A DNA stretch of 62,953 bases, taken from Armatimonadia bacterium. Its GTDB lineage: Bacteria; Armatimonadota; Zipacnadia; Zipacnadales; UBA11051. The notes beneath the pieces were generated by a model, which was not told the origin of the DNA, did no database searches, and saw nothing but the letters and a program-made list of their open reading frames with translations. The DNA lies in assembly GCA_039683575.1 (NCBI GenBank), contig JBDKRC010000044.1, positions 1 through 62,953 of the forward strand, given 5' to 3'. Below, piece after piece: positions 27,739 through 36,077 of this stretch (position 1 is its first letter; every line of letters starts with the position of its first letter). The position numbers and the translations under genes were made by a program.

Positions 27739-29076
27739 TTACCTGATAGGCTCAAACACTTCCGGACCAAGCTGCAGGCCCTCAGCCTCGAGCTTCTCCA
27801 TGAACAGCGGCCGAATCCCACGCGGCGCATGCTCCCCGACGATCCGCCCGTCCTTGTCAAACCCATGCCGCTTGTACACAAAGATATCCTGCAGCACGAT
27901 CTCGTCCTGCTCCATCCGCTGCACTTCAGTGATGTGCGTGATCCGCCGTGACCCGTCCCGCAGGCGCTCCTGGTGGACGATCAGATCAAGTGCCGACGCG
28001 ATCTGCTCGCGGATCGCGTGCGCGGGCAGCTGCATCCCGCCCATCAGTACCATGGTCTCCAGACGCGACAACGTATCGCGCGGGCTGTTGCTGTGCACCG
28101 TGCCCAGCGAACCGTCGTGACCCGTGTTCATCGCCTGCAGCATGTCCAGGGCCTCTGAGCCGCGGACCTCACCTACCACAATCCGTTCTGGCCTCATGCG
28201 CAGGGAGTTGCGGACGAGCTGCCGGATCGTGATCTCGCCCTTGCCCTCAAGGTTCGACGGGCGGCTCTCGAGCGTAATCACATGCTCCTGCTGCAGCCGC
28301 AACTCAGCCGCATCCTCAATCGTCACAATACGTTCGTCATGCGGAATGAAGCTGGACAGCACATTCAGCGTCGTCGTCTTCCCGCTACCAGTACCGCCAG
28401 AGACAATGATATTCAGCCGGGCGATGACACACGCCTCCAAAAACGTCGTCATCGTCTCGGACATGGTCCCAAAGTTCACCAGGTCGCGCGGCTTGAGTGG
28501 CTCGACCGAGAACTTTCGGATCGTTACGCACGGCCCGTTGATCGAAATCGGCGGGATGATCGCGTTCACACGGGAGCCATCAGGAAGGCGAGCATCGACC
28601 ATAGGCATGGCTTCATCCAGCCGGCGTCCCAACGGCGCGATGATCTTCTCGATGATCCGCATCACGTGCGCGTCATCCACAAAACGCTTGCCAACCCGGT
28701 GCAGCTTCCCCGCGCGCTCCACGTAGATGCTCTCTGGCCCGTTGATCATGACCTCGGAGATGGAGGGGTCATCCAGCAGCGTCTGGATCGGCCCATAGCC
28801 CATGACCTCATTCAATACCTCGGCCTGCACCTGCTCCTTGGTCCGCGCTGATAGAGAAAGGTTCCGCTCCTCTCCCACTAACTGCGTGAGGAACCGGATC
28901 TGCTCGATCAGCTCCTCCTGGCTCATGGTCTGCAGCATTCGGAAGTCGGTCTCGGTCAGCAGCCGCTGATGAACCTGCAGCTTTAGTTCATCGAGTATCT
29001 CGGCCTCGGCGGTGGAGATACCCAGTGCCGCCGCCGTTTCGCGGATCAGTTCTTGTGAAGCTCTACTTAAGGCCAT
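27739..29076 (-). CDS. cpaF: Tad pilus ATPase CpaF/TadA
   Basis: GGTGSGKTT; IEDAAEL; LRMRPERIVVGEVRG; AMNTGHDGS. Confidence 0.95.
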   Translation of the reverse strand: MALSRASQELIRETAAALGISTAEAEILDELKLQVHQRLLTETDFRMLQTMSQEELIEQIRFLTQLVGEERNLSLSARTKEQVQAEVLNEVMGYGPIQTLLDDPSISEVMINGPESIYVERAGKLHRVGKRFVDDAHVMRIIEKIIAPLGRRLDEAMPMVDARLPDGSRVNAIIPPISINGPCVTIRKFSVEPLKPRDLVNFGTMSETMTTFLEACVIARLNIIVSGGTGSGKTTTLNVLSSFIPHDERIVTIEDAAELRLQQEHVITLESRPSNLEGKGEITIRQLVRNSLRMRPERIVVGEVRGSEALDMLQAMNTGHDGSLGTVHSNSPRDTLSRLETMVLMGGMQLPAHAIREQIASALDLIVHQERLRDGSRRITHITEVQRMEQDEIVLQDIFVYKRHGFDKDGRIVGEHAPRGIRPLFMEKLEAEGLQLGPEVFEPIR

Positions 29077-29180
29077 AAGTCCCTCTACTTCGCAATCTTA
29101 GCTGTGGGGCGTAGCGACGTCCGCGTCGCAGGGGGCTTGTACCCCGCCGATCGTCATCTACAACCGCCGGCCGCCCTCTC

Positions 29181-30350
29181 CTACACCGCCACGCCCTCCA
29201 ACAGCCGCGCCATCAACTTCTGGAGCGCCTGTGCTACGGGCGTCCCCGGCGCGGTCAGCACAAACGGCTTGCCTTCGTTGTACGCCCCCATCGCCGTCTG
29301 CGGATCATCCGGCAACTGCGCCGCCACCTGAAACCCCGTTGCCTCCTCCAGATCCCTCACCGTAAACTGGTTGGCCCGCGATACGCGGTTGGCCAGCAGA
29401 TGGATCCGGTCCTTCGGAATGTGCGTCGCCACGATAGCCTCCAGCAGCGCCGTCGTATCCCGCAGCGTCGCCAGGTCAATCGTGTTGCTGACAATCACAA
29501 GCTCGTTGCACCGGGAGAGAATATAGGTGCTGGCTTGCCATAGCACCGGAGGCATGTCGAAGAACACAAAGCGGTACCGCAGCCGCAACAGTCCGAACAG
29601 TTCCGCCAGATGCGGCACATTCACCGACGACTCGAGCTGTGAGTGACCCCGCCCCACCCCGGACAGTACCCGCAGAGTAGACTCGTGTTTGGCCAAATGG
29701 GTTTCCACCAGGTCTGCGTCGAGGGCCCCAAAGTGCAGGAGGTCAGAAATGCTATTCTCCGGGCGCAGGTCAAGGGCCAGAGCCACATCGCCAAACTGCC
29801 CGTAGAAGTCAACCAGTGCCACTTGGTCTGGGAATTTCCGCGCGAAAAGCACCGCGAGGTTCGCCGCAATCGTGGTCTTCCCGACCCCGCCCTTGGCCGA
29901 GGTGATCGCCACCGTCACCGGCACTTTGGTGGGGTTGGTGATGATACCGAATTGGTCGCTCTGCTTGACCTTCCGTAACTCCGCAAGCTGCGTCACAAGC
30001 TGCCCCAGCGCCCCTGGCGGTTGGTCCCGCCGGATGACCGCTCGCGCACCCGACCGCATGCCCTTCTCGATCGCCGCCCCTATCTCCGACTCCGCCAGCA
30101 GGATGCAGATCGAGTCCGGTGCCGCGGCCGTCGACAGCCTGCAGGCCTCGTAGCCGTTTATCCCCGGCAGGTTCTCGTCGATGAACAGCATGTCGGGCTT
30201 GAGTTGTGCCGCCAGTTGCGCGACTTCCAGGCCGTCGCGGGCATAGCCGACGACCTGCACCTGTTGCTCCCCGCTGAGCTGGCTGATCAGCTCATTGCGA
30301 AGCCCCTCGGCAGCGCCCGGATTTACCTCAGAGATCACAACTCTGATCAT
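29181..30350 (-). CDS. cpaE: CpaE/TadZ: receiver domain plus MinD-like ATPase
   Basis: REC domain LFIDENLPGING; SAKGGVGKTT; QFGDV. Confidence 0.88.
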   Translation of the reverse strand: MIRVVISEVNPGAAEGLRNELISQLSGEQQVQVVGYARDGLEVAQLAAQLKPDMLFIDENLPGINGYEACRLSTAAAPDSICILLAESEIGAAIEKGMRSGARAVIRRDQPPGALGQLVTQLAELRKVKQSDQFGIITNPTKVPVTVAITSAKGGVGKTTIAANLAVLFARKFPDQVALVDFYGQFGDVALALDLRPENSISDLLHFGALDADLVETHLAKHESTLRVLSGVGRGHSQLESSVNVPHLAELFGLLRLRYRFVFFDMPPVLWQASTYILSRCNELVIVSNTIDLATLRDTTALLEAIVATHIPKDRIHLLANRVSRANQFTVRDLEEATGFQVAAQLPDDPQTAMGAYNEGKPFVLTAPGTPVAQALQKLMARLLEGVAV

Positions 30351-30447
30351 GCTGGTGGTCTTTTACTGGATTACAAACCCGAAGCTCCTCCACACCGCCA
30401 GGACTACGCCTTCCTCCCCTGCCTCCGCGCTCATCGGTACCTAGCAC

Positions 30448-32379
30448 TTACTTCGATGCCGGTGCCGTCCCGGTCCCTGTCCCCATTGAAGAGCCCCCAA
30501 CAGGCGCTGCCGTGATGCCGGTCATATTCCCGCCCACGGGAGTCGCCTTTCCTCCCGACTTGTCGATGATCTCCGGAGTCACCATGATCACGAGTTCGGT
30601 CTCGTTGTGCTGGAACTGCTTATGCCGGAACAGCTGGCCAATCACCGGCAGGTCCCCGATCAGCGGTATCTTGGAGACTATCTTGGAGTCTTCACTCTGC
30701 AGCAGCCCGCCCAGTATCAATGTGTCGTTGTTCCCGATGGTGACTGTAGTCTTCACTCGCCGGCTCTTCAGCGCTGGCAGTGAGAAGCTGCTGATCGTTA
30801 CCGCGTTCGAAGCATCAAGTGAGCTGACTTCGGACACCACCTTCAAGTTGATCCGCTGGCGATTCTCCAGGATCGTGGGGCTGATGGCCAGGTGGACACC
30901 GTAGTCCTTCCACTCAACCGTCACTTCTGCCACCCCGCCGCCACCGGCTTGCGCTATGGGTATCGGTATCTCGCCACCCACCAGGATCTCCGCCGCGTCA
31001 CCGTCATCTACCATCACATTCGGCTCAGACAGAATCCGGGCCTTGTTTTCCAGCTTGAGCGCCTCAACCTGCGCTCCGAGTGTGAGTACGTTGTTGACGC
31101 CGCCCTCCGCCACTATGAGCCATGGCTGATCCACGAAGCCCACTGCGTCGCCGTCAACCTGGAGTTGGCCCCAGTTTACGCCGAGCTTCTTGGAGTCGCC
31201 CTTGCTTATCTCGAGAACCTTCGCATGGACCACTATCTGCATCTTCTCAGGCAATGCCACCCGCAGCAGGTCTACCACGCGGAACGGTATCGGCGACTTG
31301 GCGATGATTTCACGAACGCGGTTCATCTCATCCGCGTTCTGCACCATCCCCTCGATGATGATCGCCTCATGGTTGAAGGGCCGCAAGGAGAAGCGGTTCC
31401 CGGTTATCTCCTGCAGAGCCGCCATGGCCGCGTTGATGTCCGGTTGCGGCTCCACGACGCGCACCATGTTGATGATCCGAGCCTGCGCCGCAAAGGCCTC
31501 GAGCAGTTTCGACAGGTTCGCCAGTTCCGCCGCGGACGCCACCTCGCCCTCGATCGCCACCGTCTTGCCCTGCACCTGCCAAACGCGGAACTTGTCACCC
31601 ACCGCCCGTGCGATATCCTCCAGCGGCGGCTCGCCCGCCGACTCCTGGTACTCCAGCAGGTCCACGACGTTCACGCCGCGTCCCGTCACCGCCGTCACCA
31701 GCCGCCGCGCCCGGTCCAGCGCCGCCTGATCCCCCACCTGCCCCTGCACGATCAGGGTGTTGTTATTCCATATGGTGTACTGCAGCTTATCACCCAGCAC
31801 CCCTCGCAGCGCGTTCGCAACCGCCATCGCCGCTGTCGTGCTGTCGCCCTGCACCCGGATCAGGTCAACTATCTGCAGGCCTTCCTTGGACGCCACAGCG
31901 ATGATGCTGCGCGCCCGCTCCGCCTCCTCGGCGCTCACGGTACCCTCAATCACCACCGCCATGTCACCCGCCGGCGTGTAGGTGAGCTTGTTGCCAAGCA
32001 CCCGCCGCAGGTTCTCTACCAGCTTGTCAGCCGGAGACGGTGCCACGACAGTCACTTCGATCTGGGACATCCCCGCCTTGTCCCACACGAACACCGTGGT
32101 CTCGCCAGCCTTCTTACCATATAGTGACAGGTCATTGAGCGACGCCACAACCACCTCAACCAGGTCCGGCTCAATCACCTCCACTCGGCGCATGCGGTCG
32201 AAGTGCAGCGTTGTGCTGCGCCCAATGGGAATTGTTACGCTGCGCCCGTTGCGCATGGCAAGGCCGGTATTCACCGCCAGACCGGCCGGCGCGGCGACGG
32301 CCGCGCCCGCGGCAATGGTCAGGCCGATCACCAGCAGACCCACGAGCCTGTGCATACTGCGAATTTGGCTGTTATGCAT
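30448..32379 (-). CDS. cpaC: Tad secretin CpaC/RcpA with repeated BON-like domains
   Basis: Pilus-assembly N domain (GKKAGETTVFVWD); ARILSEPN; GGEIPIP; KIPLIGDLPVIGQLF; TELVIMVTP. Confidence 0.9.
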   Translation of the reverse strand: MHNSQIRSMHRLVGLLVIGLTIAAGAAVAAPAGLAVNTGLAMRNGRSVTIPIGRSTTLHFDRMRRVEVIEPDLVEVVVASLNDLSLYGKKAGETTVFVWDKAGMSQIEVTVVAPSPADKLVENLRRVLGNKLTYTPAGDMAVVIEGTVSAEEAERARSIIAVASKEGLQIVDLIRVQGDSTTAAMAVANALRGVLGDKLQYTIWNNNTLIVQGQVGDQAALDRARRLVTAVTGRGVNVVDLLEYQESAGEPPLEDIARAVGDKFRVWQVQGKTVAIEGEVASAAELANLSKLLEAFAAQARIINMVRVVEPQPDINAAMAALQEITGNRFSLRPFNHEAIIIEGMVQNADEMNRVREIIAKSPIPFRVVDLLRVALPEKMQIVVHAKVLEISKGDSKKLGVNWGQLQVDGDAVGFVDQPWLIVAEGGVNNVLTLGAQVEALKLENKARILSEPNVMVDDGDAAEILVGGEIPIPIAQAGGGGVAEVTVEWKDYGVHLAISPTILENRQRINLKVVSEVSSLDASNAVTISSFSLPALKSRRVKTTVTIGNNDTLILGGLLQSEDSKIVSKIPLIGDLPVIGQLFRHKQFQHNETELVIMVTPEIIDKSGGKATPVGGNMTGITAAPVGGSSMGTGTGTAPASK

Positions 32380-32481
32380 TGGTGCTAAGCTCCCCTCTTC
32401 TCTGGAGCATGGCTGCTTACAGTGTGCCCCCACACTGTGCCACGCCACCTCGCCACAAGCCCTCGCGATGGCGTATCGCTG

Positions 32482-33435
32482 TTACGGAGTAACTACCTCT
32501 CGCTGCCCGCCGCGAATCACCTCAACTGATGGCCTCTTCGGCTGCGGCGGTGCTGGTGCCACCGGACGTGCGCCCCACGCCTGTGGCCCCTGCGGGCCGC
32601 CGTACTGCTGTGTCGGTGGTTGTTGCTGGCCAGCTTGCTGCTGCTGTGCGCCCGAAGCGGGTTGCGCGCCCGCCTGCTTCGGCTTCGGCCACTCACCGAT
32701 CATGGACCAGTTATTGGAATTCGGCAGCGGGACGATTGCCCGGTCGCCCATCGGCCGCAACGTCAGCCGGATATCACCGGAGACATCGGCTGTCAGCACT
32801 AGCTGCGCCTGTGTCGGTGTGACTTGCAGGGTTACGGGAGTCTCGGTGCGGCGAGGTGCCTGCTGTTCCGTACCCGTCTTGCCGGCGGCCGGCTGTTCCG
32901 CTGCCGGGGGAGCGACATTCGTGGCGGTTCCCACCGCCAGCACCACGACATCCTGCGTCACGGTGCGCACGACCGCATTGTTCTCTCGCTCGAACGACAC
33001 CAGCACGTCCACGTGCGTGCCTGGTTGCAGGAAGTCACCCACCGCTCCGACGATGTCCAGCGAGATGGACATCGCCCGCGAGCCCTCGGGAAGCGTGTAG
33101 GCCAGCCCCAGCTTCTTGGAGCGCACTGCGATCTGGTCGGCGCGTACTGGCTGACCCTCCGGCAGTTCCGTAAGGCTGATGCGCCCCGCCAGGTCCTGCT
33201 CGGTGAGCATGACACCAGCGGGCAGCTTCGTCTTCTCGAAGGTTAGCTTCTTGAACATCTCCGGCTGCAGGTCGAGCTGCGGTGGGAGTGTCTTGATCGG
33301 CACCGGTACCTCAACTGTCTCCACCACCGGTGCCTTGGGCTTCGCCTGCCGGCCTATGTACATCCAGGCCAGCACTGCTGCGAACAGCCCGCAAATGAGG
33401 GCGATTGCCAGCGCGGCTTGCCTCGTCAATCGCAT
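32482..33435 (-). CDS. cpaB: Flp pilus assembly protein CpaB/RcpC
   Basis: SAF domain; GSRAMSI...VGDFLQPGTHVDVLV; VTLQVTPTQAQ; IRLTLRP. Confidence 0.9.
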   Translation of the reverse strand: MRLTRQAALAIALICGLFAAVLAWMYIGRQAKPKAPVVETVEVPVPIKTLPPQLDLQPEMFKKLTFEKTKLPAGVMLTEQDLAGRISLTELPEGQPVRADQIAVRSKKLGLAYTLPEGSRAMSISLDIVGAVGDFLQPGTHVDVLVSFERENNAVVRTVTQDVVVLAVGTATNVAPPAAEQPAAGKTGTEQQAPRRTETPVTLQVTPTQAQLVLTADVSGDIRLTLRPMGDRAIVPLPNSNNWSMIGEWPKPKQAGAQPASGAQQQQAGQQQPPTQQYGGPQGPQAWGARPVAPAPPQPKRPSVEVIRGGQREVVTP

Positions 33436-33686
33436 TAGATGCCACGCCCCTTTACTGCGATTGGTTGATCGGGAAGACCCTCCGGGCCGCAAAGACGACA
33501 CTGGGCCAAAGTTGAGCCCGTCATTGATCGACCGGCCAAGCTTTGGCTGATGTCATTCCTGCGTCCGAAACCCCGTCAACCTTTGTGTGATGATCCCTCG
33601 AACAGGTGGGCCAGCAACTCCCTCACCGCATCGCCACCCGCTGCCCTCCGTATGTCAGCCCACAACTGACGTACAGCCTGAATTCT

Positions 33687-34181
33687 CTACTCGCGACGGA
33701 TGACCATCTCCGCCCGCAGCCCCATGGTGCTCTCGCCGGGGCGGCCGATAAGGCGGGCGAATAATGGCCCTGTCAGCAGGTTATGAGTATACGTGCAGAT
33801 CACGCGGACCTGCGCCCCCTGAGGTGCGTCATTGTCCCCCGAACCGTCGGTCCGGTCTGCCAGGCTGGTCCAGGAACTCCATACGCCGTTAGCGTAAGTG
33901 CGCCAGCTCTTGGTATACGTCAGCCTGTCGAGTGATAGTCCGGTGGCGCAGCCGGTGATGCGAGCGTCGATCTCCGACACGCCTCTACCCACTGCCGCCA
34001 CTCGCGCTCCCTCGCGAGCAGCCTGCTGCAGTGAGAGCTGGTCCTTGAAGATAAACCCGAACTCGATAATGCCAAACAGCAGCGACAAAAGAAGTGGCAG
34101 CACGAGCGCGAATTCTACGCTCGCCGTGCCCCGCCGTTTGCAGTTTGAGATAGGTTTCGTGAGCCTGATCACAACGGCCAC
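33687..34181 (-). CDS. tadE: TadE-family pseudopilin
   Basis: RRG/TASVEFALVLPLLLSLLFGIIEFG...AAREGAR; start uncertain. Confidence 0.88.
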   Translation of the reverse strand: MAVVIRLTKPISNCKRRGTASVEFALVLPLLLSLLFGIIEFGFIFKDQLSLQQAAREGARVAAVGRGVSEIDARITGCATGLSLDRLTYTKSWRTYANGVWSSWTSLADRTDGSGDNDAPQGAQVRVICTYTHNLLTGPLFARLIGRPGESTMGLRAEMVIRRE

Positions 34182-34363
34182 CTTCCGGCCTGGAACCGTC
34201 GCTAAGACCGGTACCCGCCACTGGGGTTGAGGTTAAGCCCTCCGGCCCCTCTATTGTGCCCCAGCGGGTTCTTCGTAACCTCTGGGAAAGCTCAAGATAC
34301 TCTCGGCGCGTCTATATTCCCTGTTCGCTCTCTGGACAGGACGAACTTCACCCACTTCATGTT

Positions 34364-34885
34364 CTACTGCCGTACCCAAATAGTGAATAACGTGCCGGCG
34401 CAGATCGCTATCGCATATGGCAACCGTAGTTTGGAAGGAGAGTCCGTGATGTCCATGGGGGTCTTCATATATATACGGAAGTACAGTGCCTGCCATACTC
34501 GCTGTAGCGCCTGCCGCAGTACCCCGCGCCATATCGCCATCAGAATCCCGAAGATCCCGCCGGCGATCAACGAGTAGAGAACCGCCCATAGCAAAACCTG
34601 CGGCCCCAGCAAGGCGCCGACTGCCGCAAACAGCTTGCAGTCACCTGCGCCAAGCAGCCGGCCAAGCAGGCCGCTGACGAAGAACAGCGCCAGGCCGACC
34701 GCCACGCCGGCGATACTGAGCAGCAGCCCGGTGAGGCCGCCGTTCAGCAGATTGAGTACCATTCCGAGCAAAGCAAAGGGGAGGGTGACGGCGTTGTAGA
34801 TCTTGCCGTCACGTACGTCAGTGAAGACTGCTACTACTAGCAGCAGGCATGTGGCAATGAGGGTGGTGTGGTGTAGTGTGATCAT
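34364..34885 (-). CDS. cpaA: A24 prepilin peptidase CpaA/TadV
   Basis: TDVRDGKIYN; GAGDCKL; LPYAIAI. Confidence 0.9.
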   Translation of the reverse strand: MITLHHTTLIATCLLLVVAVFTDVRDGKIYNAVTLPFALLGMVLNLLNGGLTGLLLSIAGVAVGLALFFVSGLLGRLLGAGDCKLFAAVGALLGPQVLLWAVLYSLIAGGIFGILMAIWRGVLRQALQRVWQALYFRIYMKTPMDITDSPSKLRLPYAIAICAGTLFTIWVRQ

Positions 34886-34917
34886 CTTGCCGCGCCTAAA
34901 TTGTCTAAGACCGTAGT

Positions 34918-34946
34918 ATTATTGCGCCTATCGCCGAATTGTGCAA
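34918..34946 (-). promoter_or_regulatory. Possible sigma70 promoter of cpaA
   Basis: TTGCAC-N17-AATAAT, located after the pilin terminators. Confidence 0.4.
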
Positions 34947-35075
34947 GCCAAAAGTGCCCCAAATCATGCTCAAGAGCCCTTCCAGCCCCAGGGCCGGCGC
35001 CTCCGCCCGGCTGCTGAGCCTCCGCTGGCCCAGCCACCAGCCCCTCCACTCCGACTGCTTTCCGTCGTCACCCCC

Positions 35076-35163
35076 AAAACAAAAAACGCCCGGTGAGGGG
35101 CGTTGTTGTCGAAAAAAGTGCGGGGAGAAGGATGGGAGCCTGGGTATCCCCATCCCCCTCCCC
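35076..35163 (-). terminator. Two tandem intrinsic terminators after the flp cluster
   Basis: Long GC stem at 35122-35163 followed by U6 on the minus strand, and an AACGCCC/GGGCGTT stem followed by a U-rich tract. Confidence 0.75.
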
Positions 35164-35215
35164 TGGCCTGGTTGTGGTCTATCCAGCCTTTAGCGGCAGG
35201 ATAACTCAATACCAA

Positions 35216-35380
35216 CTAGCTGCCGGAGGGCAGGGACGACGTGGCGGTGCTGACAGTGCCGCTGACGCGGGTGCCGAGAGTGGACCACGCAGTGATTGCC
35301 GCGATCGCGACCAAAGCGAGCAACAGGGCGTACTCTACGGTCGTCAGGCCCTCTTCGTCCTTCCAAAGCTGCTTGAACAT
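35216..35380 (-). CDS. flp: Flp type IVb pilin, copy 3 (54 aa; not in the ORF track)
   Basis: MFKQLWKDEEG/LTTVEYALLLALVAIAAITAWSTLGTRVSGTVSTATSSLPSGS; AAGGAG SD. Confidence 0.95.
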   Translation of the reverse strand: MFKQLWKDEEGLTTVEYALLLALVAIAAITAWSTLGTRVSGTVSTATSSLPSGS

Positions 35381-35531
35381 GTTCGTTCTCCTTCTGGGGT
35401 GTGCTGCGGTCAGGTCAAGTTGGGTAAAGCGTGTGGCGGTCGGTATGATTTGCTATGATGGCTGGGAGCGGAAAGCCCGGTCTTCATCTTGCCGCTCCCG
35501 TACGGCTTACAGCGATTGTTGGGCTGGGTCT

Positions 35532-35696
35532 CTAGCTGCCGGCGGGCAGGCTGCTGGTCGCTGTCGAGACGGTGTTGCTGGTCCGCTGTCCGAGCGTCGT
35601 CCACGCGGCGATTGCGGCGATGGCGACCAGGGCGAGCAGCAGTGCGTACTCTACAGTTGTCAGACCCTCTTCGTCCTTCCACAGCTTCTTGAACAT
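35532..35696 (-). CDS. flp: Flp type IVb pilin, copy 2 (54 aa; not in the ORF track)
   Basis: [62 protein letters not shown]. Confidence 0.95.
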   Translation of the reverse strand: MFKKLWKDEEGLTTVEYALLLALVAIAAIAAWTTLGQRTSNTVSTATSSLPAGS

Positions 35697-35753
35697 TTGA
35701 AACTCTCCCTATCTGCGGTATTGTCCTGACTTACTTAGGCAGAAAGCTGAAGC

Positions 35754-35918
35754 TTAGCTGCCGGCGGGAAGGCTGCTGGTGGCGGTGGCTACGGTGGAGC
35801 TGGTCCGCTGTCCGAGCGTGGTCCACGCGGCGATCGCGGCGATGGCGACCAGGGCGAGCAACAGCGCGTACTCTACGGTGGTCAGACCCTCTTCGTCCTT
35901 CCAGAGCTGCTTGATCAT
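35754..35918 (-). CDS. flp: Flp type IVb pilin, copy 1 (54 aa)
   Basis: MIKQLWKDEEG/LTTVEYALLLALVAIAAIAAWTTLGQRTSSTVATATSSLPAGS; GGGGAG SD. Confidence 0.95.
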   Translation of the reverse strand: MIKQLWKDEEGLTTVEYALLLALVAIAAIAAWTTLGQRTSSTVATATSSLPAGS

Positions 35919-36077
35919 GGTTTTATCTCTCCCCGTCATTGGATTTTCCAACGTCGCTCCGGGGTGCTGATGAGCATGATCCGGATTACGACTTAGCTCC
36001 TCGACTTGTCGGCAGTATAGACCTGGGTACTCAAGCGTTTTACAGGTGTGCCGCAAGGAAATCTCAAGGAACAACTT

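Noticed and set aside
33440-34360. c-di-GMP riboswitch in the Tad intergenic regions
   Set aside because: Some stems are possible, but I could not find class I or II consensus elements. An Rfam scan would settle it.
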